Assembly (NCBI GenBank): GCA_041743105.1 | Contig: JBGTNI010000010.1 | Coordinates: forward strand, 13,589-77,588 | Length of the DNA: 64,000 nucleotides | Direction of reading: 5' to 3' | DNA from: Mycobacteriales bacterium | GTDB taxonomy: Bacteria > Actinomycetota > Actinomycetes > Mycobacteriales > QHCE01 | In this document: piece after piece, positions 39,703-47,799 of the stretch | How the letters are laid out: every line of letters starts with the position of its first letter | Numbering within the stretch: position 1 is the stretch's first letter | Made by a program: the position numbers and the translations under genes | The notes under the pieces: model-generated | Databases searched by the model: none | Seen by the model: only the letters and a program-made list of their open reading frames with translations | Told to the model about the DNA's origin: nothing

Positions 39703-40847
39703 AGCAGTACCCACCCCACCAGCGCACTCGCGCCGATCGCCGCGATCAGCGTGGCCGGAGCAAATCGCAGTGCAAAGCTCTTCCCGAACGTACCCAGCTG
39801 CATCGCGAACAGCTTCAAGTCGATCATGGGACCCACGACCAGGAAGGTCAGTCGCGCCGAGAGCGAGAACTGGGTAAGCGAAGCAGCCACGAACGCGTCG
39901 GCCTCTGAGCAGATCGACAGCACCACGGCCAAGGCAGCCAGCGCCAGGATCGCAAGGACCGGCTGCTCAGCGAGCGCGGTGAGCCACTCTGCCGGGATCC
40001 AGACCTTCAGGGCGGCGGCGGTGATGCCTCCCACCACCAGAAAGCCCCCGGCGTGAATGAAGTCATGACGGGCAGTGGCGGCCAGCGCAACCGGCCTGGA
40101 CATGCCGGACATGTTGGGGCGAGCCGGGAGTTTGATCCACTCCGAGCGTCCAAGCCACAGCCACAGCCAGCCCATAGCTATGGCTGCCAGGGCAGAGGCG
40201 ACGAAGCGGGCCAGCACCATCTCCGGATTACCCGGAAACGCCACCGCGGTGGCCACCAGCACGATGGGGTTGATCGCCGGAGCCGACAGCAAGAAAGCGA
40301 AAGCAGCACCGGGCGTAACACCCCGGCGCACCAGCGCTCCCGCGATAGGGACGGAACTGCACTCGCAGCCGGGCAACGCCGCACCGCCCATCCCGGCAAC
40401 GGGTACCGCGAGAGCCGGATTTTTGGGCAGCGCCTTGTCGAAGAAGGACTGCGGGACGTAGACGGCGATGATCGCGCTTATCACAACACCGATCACCAGG
40501 AATGGCATGGCCTGCACCACAATGGCAACGAAGATAGTTGCCCAGGTCTGCATGGCTGGAGTTGCGAAAAGTCCGACGAGCTGGCTGCGAAACATCATGA
40601 CCAGCAGCAGAACCAGCGTGAAAACCTCGAGGGAGCCTACCTGCCACCGCCGTACCGGCCGGCGCTGTCGCATCTGTCGGCTCTGTCGCCCTACCTGGCC
40701 ACGCCGGGGGCGAGCGGCTCGTCGCCGATCGGTCGCGTCGGAAGTGACCGATCCCGGCGTCTCGGGAGTGCGCCGTGGCGAAACCTTGGCGGGACGAGTC
40801 ATCGGCCCACTGTAGTAAACGACCGTTTGCCGGCGGCTAGCGAGCAT
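39699..40847 (-). CDS. UPF0718/DUF318-type permease
   Basis: Polytopic protein with the family-typical LPGCECSSVPIAGALVRRG motif. The start codon is uncertain (Arg-rich N-terminus). Confidence 0.7.
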   Translation of the reverse strand: MLASRRQTVVYYSGPMTRPAKVSPRRTPETPGSVTSDATDRRRAARPRRGQVGRQSRQMRQRRPVRRWQVGSLEVFTLVLLLVMMFRSQLVGLFATPAMQTWATIFVAIVVQAMPFLVIGVVISAIIAVYVPQSFFDKALPKNPALAVPVAGMGGAALPGCECSSVPIAGALVRRGVTPGAAFAFLLSAPAINPIVLVATAVAFPGNPEMVLARFVASALAAIAMGWLWLWLGRSEWIKLPARPNMSGMSRPVALAATARHDFIHAGGFLVVGGITAAALKVWIPAEWLTALAEQPVLAILALAALAVVLSICSEADAFVAASLTQFSLSARLTFLVVGPMIDLKLFAMQLGTFGKSFALRFAPATLIAAIGASALVGWVLL

Positions 40848-40866
40848 GCTTCGGCGGATCCATAAG

Positions 40867-40928
40867 GACGTTTGCCCTGAAAACGCCGTCTTCAGGGCCG
40901 CTTACGGGACGGTTTCAGGGAAACGTCC
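40867..40928. promoter_or_regulatory. nested inverted repeats with three CCCTGAAA/TTTCAGGG half-sites
   Basis: ggacgtttgccctgaaaacg...acggtttcagggaaacgtcc, with an inner palindrome ccctgaaaacgccgtcttcaggg (40875-40897). It lies between the uppS stop and the permease start. Confidence 0.4.
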
Positions 40929-40942
40929 AAGTGATGTCCTAC

Positions 40943-41692
40943 CTACGCTGTGCCGAAGCGTCGAGCACGTCGGGCGTACCTCTCAAGCGCCTGCCAGAGC
41001 GCCACCCGATCGAAGTCGGGGAACAATGTCTCGACAAAGAGCAGCTCGGCATAGGCCGACTGCCACAGCAAGAAGTTCGATAACCGCTGCTCGCCGGAGG
41101 TCCGCAGAAACAAGTCCACATCTGGTAGGGCCGGCTGATACAGCTCGCGTGCCACGCAGGCTTCGTCAATAGCTTCGGCCGACAACTCACCGGAGGCCAC
41201 CTGACGTGCGATGGCTCGCACCGCGTCGGTGAGCTCGGCGCGTGCGCCGTAATTGACACACAGCGTCAGCGTCATAGCCGTGTTGTGCTGGGTCAGCTCG
41301 GCGGCGGCATCGAGTTCGCGCGCCACACTGCGCCACAACCGTTCGCGGCGCCCCGCCCACTGGACACGCACGCCACGTTCATGCCACTCATCCCGGCGTC
41401 GTCGCAGCGAGGTGCGACTGTATCCCAGCAGGAACCGCACCTCTGCCGGGGCGCGCCGCCAGTTCTCGGTGGAGAAGGCATAGGCGGACAGATACTCGAT
41501 GCCGACCGCCAGACAGCCCTCGATCACCTCGGATAGCGCCGTTTCACCGTGACGGTGTCCCTCAGTGCGGGACAAGTCTCTCTGCTGGGCCCAACGTCCG
41601 TTACCGTCCATCACCAGCCCCACATGCCGTGGTAGCTGCCGCGGGGTGAACGCCGGCGGTCGGGGTGGTGCGATACCGCGCCGCTGCGCCAC
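40943..41692 (-). CDS. uppS: isoprenyl (decaprenyl/undecaprenyl) diphosphate synthase
   Basis: [13 protein letters not shown] and the [13 protein letters not shown] motif. Confidence 0.9.
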   Translation of the reverse strand: MAQRRGIAPPRPPAFTPRQLPRHVGLVMDGNGRWAQQRDLSRTEGHRHGETALSEVIEGCLAVGIEYLSAYAFSTENWRRAPAEVRFLLGYSRTSLRRRRDEWHERGVRVQWAGRRERLWRSVARELDAAAELTQHNTAMTLTLCVNYGARAELTDAVRAIARQVASGELSAEAIDEACVARELYQPALPDVDLFLRTSGEQRLSNFLLWQSAYAELLFVETLFPDFDRVALWQALERYARRARRFGTA

Positions 41693-41715
41693 TACGATTC
41701 ACTCCCCTCTTGCTG

Positions 41716-42459
41716 TTAACTCCGATGCACCAACGGCAAGGATCGCAGACCGCGCTCGGTATGCCACTGCAGGTGTGCCGCGATGAGCCCGCTGGCCTCC
41801 CGTTGCGCGCTGGGGTGGCTGGCATCGGCGCTTGCCCAGTCTCCACTCCGCAACGCCACCATCAGGGCGTATGTCTCCGCTGAGGGCGAGACGGAACCGG
41901 CGGGCCGACAGCCCGAGCAGACCGACCCACCGGCATGCACCGAGAACGCCGGGTGGGGGCCGTCGCTGCCACAGACGGCACACTCGACCAACGCCGGAGC
42001 CCACCCGGCTATCGTCATCGCGCGCAGCAGGTACGCGTCGAGCACCAAGCTCGGCGTGTGCTCGGCGCCGCTCATGGCGCGCAGCGCGCCGGCGGTGAGG
42101 CTAAACAACTGCGGCACAGGTTCGCCTTCGTCACCGCTGAGTCGTTCGGCGGTCTCGGAGATCGCGCACGCCGCGGTGTAACGGGAGTAGTTGTCCGTCA
42201 GGTGCTTTCCGTACGGCGCAATGGTCTCGGTTTGCCGCACCGAGCGCAATGAGCTGCGGGGTGCGTTGGGTGCGTACCACTGCACATCGATATGGCTGAA
42301 CGGCTCGAGTCGGGCGCCGATACGGCTGGTGGTCTTGGCGACACCTCGCGCTACCGCCCGCAGCTTGCCGTGATGGTGGCTGAGCATGGTGACAATGCGG
42401 TCGGCTTCGCCCAGCTTGTGTAGGCGCAGCACCAATGCGTCATCTCGATACAGCGCCAC
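41716..42459 (-). CDS. recO: DNA repair protein RecO
   Basis: MALYRDDALVLRLHKLGEADRIVTMLS and a C-terminal Cys cluster, CAVCGS...CSGC. Confidence 0.9.
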   Translation of the reverse strand: MALYRDDALVLRLHKLGEADRIVTMLSHHHGKLRAVARGVAKTTSRIGARLEPFSHIDVQWYAPNAPRSSLRSVRQTETIAPYGKHLTDNYSRYTAACAISETAERLSGDEGEPVPQLFSLTAGALRAMSGAEHTPSLVLDAYLLRAMTIAGWAPALVECAVCGSDGPHPAFSVHAGGSVCSGCRPAGSVSPSAETYALMVALRSGDWASADASHPSAQREASGLIAAHLQWHTERGLRSLPLVHRS

Positions 42460-42474
42460 GACAGCATTGTCGCA

Positions 42475-45327
42475 CTAGCAGGGCGGCAGCTTCCCCCGCT
42501 CTATACCACTGGTCCACGCGTACGGAATGAAGGCGCCGTTGTCCAGGCGAAACCATTCCGTGCCTTCTTTGTTGCCGTTGTACATCCAGGATGTGATGTG
42601 CTGACCCTGGGCTTGGCAGGTGGCGGTGATGGGTGTGCCGTGGGGGAGAGGGCCGAGCATCCGGCTCTGCTGGCTGGACTCTTCGAAGGTGCGAATTCCG
42701 CCGTTGCAGTAGTCCGGGTTCGCGGTGCCCGCACTCACGCACGCCACCGTACCGCTGCCCCCGGCCGGCGGCGGCGGTGCAGGTGCGGGTGCCGGTGGCT
42801 GTGTCGGTTGGGGTTGCGGTTGGGGTTGGGGTTGCGGTTGGGGTTGCGGCTGCGGTTGGGGTTGCGGTTGGGGTTGCGGCTGCGGTTGGGGTTGGGGTTG
42901 CGGCTGCGGCTGCGGTTGGGGCTGTGGCTGCTCGCCGGGCACCAGCACCATGACAGACCGACCGGGTCCAGTTCCGGCCTCGTTGACGGCGGCAACCGTG
43001 ACCGTGATGGTCTGCCCCGCCGGCAGCCCGGTCAGCTGCTCGCTCATAGCGTTCCTACCATCGGCATTGGAAACCGGAACAGTGCGCCGCAATCCGGTGT
43101 CGGTGCTGACGGTATAGCCGGTGATAGGTTTGCCGTTGGTGATCGGCGGTGTCCACGAAACGTTCACCGCGCCCGGGCCGGCACCTTCGGCGCTCACTAT
43201 CGGCGCACCGGGGCTGCTGAACGCGTCGACCGGGTCACTGGGCTGCGACGCATCGCTCGACGCGTTGTTAGTCAGCGTGACCACCACGGTGAAGGTGTAG
43301 CTCGCGCCCATCGTCAATGACTCGGCCTTCACCGTGTAGCCGATAGGGCCCGTAGCGCTCGCAGAGTCAGGAGGGTCGATGTTGTCGATCACCACTTGGC
43401 CACCGGCGGTGCTGGTCTGGCCGGTGAGCTGATAGGAGCGCACGGTGCCGCCGTTGGTCTCCGGTGGCTGCCAGCTCACCGAGATACTGCCGTCGGGTTG
43501 GCCGCGACGGTTGGCCTCTGCGGTTACCGAAGTGGGAGGATCGGGCACTACTGACGTGGGGGTGACCGGGTTGGCCTTGGCGGCCTCGCCCTCACCCTTG
43601 GCATTCACCGCACGCACCGAGAACTCGTACGCCTTGCCGTTAGTCAGCCCGGTGACGTTCACCGAACATGGCTTGCCGGCCGCACAGGTATTTCCGGCTA
43701 CCTCTACTGGTCGGAGACCGCCGGTGACGATGTATTTGGTGATCGTGCTACCACGTGGGTCGGCGGGGCGCCACGAAATGATCGCGGATTCGTCACCGGC
43801 CTGCGCCCCGACGTTAGTCGGCGCGGTCGGCGGCAAGGAGTTCTCGGCCTGTTCGTCGGGGTCGGGAGCTGGTGAGCCGGTGTCGCCCGGCTCCGGACGC
43901 TCCGGTGTCCGATCCGTGCCGGGAACCCGCGGCAAATCGGGGAGTCGCGGCTTAGAGATCTGCGCACCGTCCCCCTGGCCGGCTTCCTCGCCTTGGCCGT
44001 TCCCATCCCCCTGCCGACCGTCGCGATCTTGACCCGGCTGGGTGTCGTTCCCACCGTTGTCGCCGTTGCCGTCTTGACCGTCAGTTGCCCTGGGGTCCAC
44101 GCGCCGGTTCGGGCCTTCGCCATTGACGATGTCTTTGGGTGCTTTCGCCAGCTCGGTGACCTTGTGCTTCTCATCGATCACCCAGGCCTTGTTGGTCCCC
44201 ACCGAGTTGATGACCAGGTGGTCTTCCCGGTTCTCCAACTCGACCTTGCCGCCGGGGTCGTCGATGTCTTCCAGGCTGTTGCCCCGCAAGTCGAAGACCC
44301 GCACTCGGTTGGCTTGCTCGTCGGGCACATACAAGCGTTCGGAGAACGCAATGGCCGGGCCGATCTTGTCGCCGACACCGGGAATAGACACCGCCCGTGC
44401 GTCATCGTTATCTACCAGCACCACTTTACGATCGTCGGGGTTGGTGATGGCCACGGTATCTCCGCGCACACGACTGAGCATCACGGCCTCGCCGACGTCG
44501 GGGAGCTCCATGGATGACACCGAGCCATCGGCCTTAGCCTTGATTAAGGTGTTCTCAGCGCGGTCGACCACGGCGGCACCGTGATCGAGCACGCCCATCG
44601 ACCACTTGTGACCGGCACCACCGACGGAGACTTCACGCTCTACCGACGGGCTCTTGCCGCCGCTACCAGGTCTGATCGCTACGGCTTTTCCAGCCTTGGG
44701 TGAACCGACCCAGAGCAGGCCGTCGTCGTCGAACTCCCCGCCCACCAAGTTCGATCCCTCGCCCACTAAGTCCGACGAGAGCTTAAACGCGCGACCCCGG
44801 GGTTCCATCTTGCCGGCCTCGAGCTGGCGGAACAGACCATTAGCGGTATCGACGAGCATTACGTTCGAACCGAAGAGTGCCACGCTCATGTCGGCAGGCG
44901 AGGAGGTGGAAGCGACCCCGGAGACATTGAGCGTGCTCAGCTCCACGGAGGTTATGGTCCCGGTTTCGAGATCGTGCAGCAGCAGGTGTTCGTCGGTCTG
45001 TATCACCCTGACCCGATGGCCACGGGCATCCGACAGCGAGCGACGCATATCTACCTGACCCGCTGACGCGTTGATCCTCACCGCCTCGCTTCGATTGCCG
45101 TCCCACAACCAGATCGCACCGTCGGTTAGCGACAATGCTCGGCTGACAGCCCCGGCGCCGAAGAGAGTGATTACCATTGCCGCAACAGTGGCGATAATTA
45201 CACCAACTGAGACAAATCCCCCGGCGCCTCGACGCGAAGAAGTTGGCAGGCGTCGACGAAGACTCCTCGCCAAGCGCCCACGCTGCCGAATGGCACGGTC
45301 GTCGGCACCGACCACGGAGGTAGCCAT
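42475..45327 (-). CDS. single-pass membrane protein: ~350-aa ectodomain, 3 FN3 domains, (PQ)20 spacer, Cys-containing C-terminal domain
   Basis: Arg-rich cytoplasmic tail and a TM segment (FVSVGVIIATVAAMVITLF). Three FN3-like units are recognisable (..ISWRPADPRGSTITKYIV.., ..VSWQPPETNGGTVRSYQL.., ..VSWTPPITNGKPITGYTV..). The C-terminal ~95 aa carry 4 Cys. Confidence 0.7.
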   Translation of the reverse strand: MATSVVGADDRAIRQRGRLARSLRRRLPTSSRRGAGGFVSVGVIIATVAAMVITLFGAGAVSRALSLTDGAIWLWDGNRSEAVRINASAGQVDMRRSLSDARGHRVRVIQTDEHLLLHDLETGTITSVELSTLNVSGVASTSSPADMSVALFGSNVMLVDTANGLFRQLEAGKMEPRGRAFKLSSDLVGEGSNLVGGEFDDDGLLWVGSPKAGKAVAIRPGSGGKSPSVEREVSVGGAGHKWSMGVLDHGAAVVDRAENTLIKAKADGSVSSMELPDVGEAVMLSRVRGDTVAITNPDDRKVVLVDNDDARAVSIPGVGDKIGPAIAFSERLYVPDEQANRVRVFDLRGNSLEDIDDPGGKVELENREDHLVINSVGTNKAWVIDEKHKVTELAKAPKDIVNGEGPNRRVDPRATDGQDGNGDNGGNDTQPGQDRDGRQGDGNGQGEEAGQGDGAQISKPRLPDLPRVPGTDRTPERPEPGDTGSPAPDPDEQAENSLPPTAPTNVGAQAGDESAIISWRPADPRGSTITKYIVTGGLRPVEVAGNTCAAGKPCSVNVTGLTNGKAYEFSVRAVNAKGEGEAAKANPVTPTSVVPDPPTSVTAEANRRGQPDGSISVSWQPPETNGGTVRSYQLTGQTSTAGGQVVIDNIDPPDSASATGPIGYTVKAESLTMGASYTFTVVVTLTNNASSDASQPSDPVDAFSSPGAPIVSAEGAGPGAVNVSWTPPITNGKPITGYTVSTDTGLRRTVPVSNADGRNAMSEQLTGLPAGQTITVTVAAVNEAGTGPGRSVMVLVPGEQPQPQPQPQPQPQPQPQPQPQPQPQPQPQPQPQPQPQPQPQPTQPPAPAPAPPPPAGGSGTVACVSAGTANPDYCNGGIRTFEESSQQSRMLGPLPHGTPITATCQAQGQHITSWMYNGNKEGTEWFRLDNGAFIPYAWTSGIERGKLPPC
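42808..42927. repeat. hexanucleotide tandem repeat encoding (Pro-Gln)x20
   Basis: 20 consecutive CCN-CAR units counted codon by codon on the minus strand. Confidence 0.9.
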
Positions 45328-45420
45328 TGTCTATGTCTCCCGGCATTCTCCCGGCGTCCGCAAATGGGGCTGTCTATAAGCTTATCCTGAGCGACACGGC
45401 TTACGGCAGGTTAAGACAGC

Positions 45421-45469
45421 GAACATGGGCCGAACGTGGGAGGCTCATAGCCACGAACGGCCCATGTTC
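45421..45469. promoter_or_regulatory. 12-bp perfect inverted repeat in the divergent FN3-gene / kinase intergenic region
   Basis: gaacatgggccg (45421-45432) pairs with cggcccatgttc (45458-45469). Confidence 0.35.
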
Positions 45470-45512
45470 CCAATTGACCCGATGTAGCACAATGCGGGCG
45501 CCTGCCCGGTAA

Positions 45513-45541
45513 GCTACTTTCGGGCTGACTTGGTAACGAAC
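45513..45541 (-). promoter_or_regulatory. second copy of the ~29-nt motif seen upstream of pyrH
   Basis: gctactttcgggctgacttggtaacgaac. Read on the minus strand it gives TCGTTA-N17-TAGCTT, about 190 nt upstream of the FN3-protein start. Confidence 0.4.
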
Positions 45542-45618
45542 AGCTCTGTACGCAGCGACAAACTGCCCTCATCAGAGGCACAATGGAGTCGTAACTACTG
45601 CGGTGGGGAGGGTAGGCA

Positions 45619-47799
45619 ATGAACGCTGAGGCCGACACGACCACCTATCTCCCCCGCGAGACACCGGTCACGCCACCACGACCTGTCACCTCCGGCATTC
45701 CCGACACCGTGGTGCCACTGTCAGCGGGCTCTATCATCCCCGGCCTGATGGGATACAGCGGGCTGGAGCTGATAGCCCATGGCAGCAGCGCGATCGTGTT
45801 TCGTGCCACTCAGAACAGGCTCAACCGCAAGGTAGCCATCAAGGTGTTACTGATCGACGATGTGATGACCACCGACGTTACGGTGCGTCGTGAACTGGAG
45901 ACGCTAGTTCAGCTCTCGAGTTCTCCCCACATCGTGAGCATCATCGACACCGGCGTCACCGATGCGGGCCAGCCCTACATTGTAATGGAGTACTGCGAGG
46001 GCGGTTCTTACGCGCAGATCCTCAAAGAACGTGGCCCGTTGCCGGCCGAGGAAGTCATCGAGGTCGGCATCAAGATCGGCGAAGCGCTGCACGCCGCACA
46101 TGAGGCCGGAATCATTCACCGCGACGTCAAGCCGCCGAATATTCTCCGCTCGCGGTTTGGCCCCGCCCTCACCGACTTCGGTATCGCCTACGCCGCCGAT
46201 GAGCTGGCCAGCACCGACACGTTCTATAAGCTCACACCGCACCATGCTTCCCCGGAGACGTTGCAGCAGGAGCACCAGACCGGGCAGTCCGACCTCTACA
46301 GTCTTGCCTCCACCATGTGGAATCTGCTGGCAGGGCGCCCCCCGTTCGCAAACCCCGGTCAAGATCCCGACGCGTTCCGACAGCGCGTGCTCAGCCAACC
46401 GGTTTCGCGGGTACCCCGCGACGACGTCCCCGACTGGTTACAGTCCGAGCTAGAGCGCGCCATGGCCAAGCGGGCGACCGAGCGCCATCCCACAGCACTG
46501 GCTTTCGCCGAAACGTTACGTCTGAACATGGCACGCACCTCGATGTCGGCGCCATGGCAGCCACGCAGCTCACCGCCGGGCGAAAGCCTCTCCTCCCCGG
46601 AACCCACCAGCAGCTATACCCAAGCGGCCACTCAAACGCAACGCACCCGTCCGAACGCGGTGCCGCCGGTATCGCCGGGTGGGTCGCCAGTGGTGATGCT
46701 GCCGGGTGCGATCCCGCAGCCCACCCCGTCCGCTGCGCCCACGAGCGGCGCGACGGTGCAGACACCGCCGGTGATCATCCCATCTTCGGCGCCCACCAGC
46801 GGTAGCACCGTCACGGTGGGTCGAACCGCCCATCCGCCGAACTCTGCCGCACTGCCCGTGGTCCTTCCGGGCGGGATCCAGGCGTCTGCTCCCACACAGC
46901 AGCGACCTTCCTCGGCGCAGCCGGTGGTCCAGCCGAAGTCAGTACCGGCGCAACAGACCGAACAAACGCAGCAGGTCGAGCAGTCGCAGCCTGAATCGGC
47001 GGCACCCCAACCCGCGTCAGCGCCGCGAACCTACAAGTCGCGGCCATCGCATGTGCCGCTGCCGCTGGACCAGCGAGAAGAAAGCGCGGGTACGGCCGAG
47101 CTGACCACGGGCGGCGGCACGGCGTCTACCCTGCCGGGGCGCACATGGTTCGAGCCGGCAAGCTCGCCTGGCGGCTCGTCCCCGGCAATCTCGCCGTACC
47201 AGCACGATTACACACCGCAGGCCGGCCTCCCACAAACCAGTATTCCGCAAGCCGGCATGGCCCGCACCGAGACCACGTCGGCTCCGCAGCCACACGAAAG
47301 TCCCTACAGCCGCGCCTACGAGGATTTAGACGAAGAGGACGACGAACGGTTCTCCTGGCGGCGGCCGCTAGTCACCGCCGGCGTCATCGGCGTGATTCTG
47401 GGCCTGATCACCACTGTCGGAATCATCGTGGCCGGCGGTGCCGAGTCGGACAAGGAAGCAGACTCCAGCCCCACTGCCTCGGCTTCCATCGTCGCCGAGG
47501 GGAAACCCACGAACGTCACTCTGGCTGACAACGGCAGCGCGGTAACCTTGCAGTGGAAAGACAACACGGGAGATCAAGCCGGGGTTTTCATCACCGCCCG
47601 GCCTGCCAGTGCGGCCCTAGGCCGTGTCGTCGCAACACCGGCCAAGGGCCAGACCAGTTATACGGTCTCGTCGATCGATGGCAAGCCACTGGACGCAAAA
47701 ATTGACTACTGCTTCCAGATTACGGCAGTGCCCTCTACCGATCATCTCGCTTTATCCGAAGTGGTGTGCACCGAACGCAGCGGCGCCCAAACCAACTGA
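45619..47799 (+). CDS. receptor-type Ser/Thr protein kinase (Hanks type) with FN3-like ectodomain
   Basis: A good SD (ggggaggg) precedes the start. Motifs VAIKVL, HRDVKPPNIL and DFG are present. A long Pro/Ser/Ala/Gln linker leads to a TM segment (VIGVILGLITTVGIIVAGG), then a ~140-aa beta-rich C-terminal domain. Confidence 0.85.
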   Translation: MNAEADTTTYLPRETPVTPPRPVTSGIPDTVVPLSAGSIIPGLMGYSGLELIAHGSSAIVFRATQNRLNRKVAIKVLLIDDVMTTDVTVRRELETLVQLSSSPHIVSIIDTGVTDAGQPYIVMEYCEGGSYAQILKERGPLPAEEVIEVGIKIGEALHAAHEAGIIHRDVKPPNILRSRFGPALTDFGIAYAADELASTDTFYKLTPHHASPETLQQEHQTGQSDLYSLASTMWNLLAGRPPFANPGQDPDAFRQRVLSQPVSRVPRDDVPDWLQSELERAMAKRATERHPTALAFAETLRLNMARTSMSAPWQPRSSPPGESLSSPEPTSSYTQAATQTQRTRPNAVPPVSPGGSPVVMLPGAIPQPTPSAAPTSGATVQTPPVIIPSSAPTSGSTVTVGRTAHPPNSAALPVVLPGGIQASAPTQQRPSSAQPVVQPKSVPAQQTEQTQQVEQSQPESAAPQPASAPRTYKSRPSHVPLPLDQREESAGTAELTTGGGTASTLPGRTWFEPASSPGGSSPAISPYQHDYTPQAGLPQTSIPQAGMARTETTSAPQPHESPYSRAYEDLDEEDDERFSWRRPLVTAGVIGVILGLITTVGIIVAGGAESDKEADSSPTASASIVAEGKPTNVTLADNGSAVTLQWKDNTGDQAGVFITARPASAALGRVVATPAKGQTSYTVSSIDGKPLDAKIDYCFQITAVPSTDHLALSEVVCTERSGAQTN

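Noticed and set aside
40053-40865. 270-aa plus-strand ORF
   Set aside because: It is antisense to the CECS-motif permease and has a highly basic, low-complexity composition.
42781-42940. Regular short repeats that might suggest a CRISPR array
   Set aside because: It is a 6-nt period with no spacers, lies inside a CDS, and encodes Pro-Gln.
42598-43320. 240-aa plus-strand ORF with GLRLGL repeats
   Set aside because: It is the reverse complement of the (PQ)20 tract and FN3 region of the 950-aa gene. It is a low-complexity artefact.
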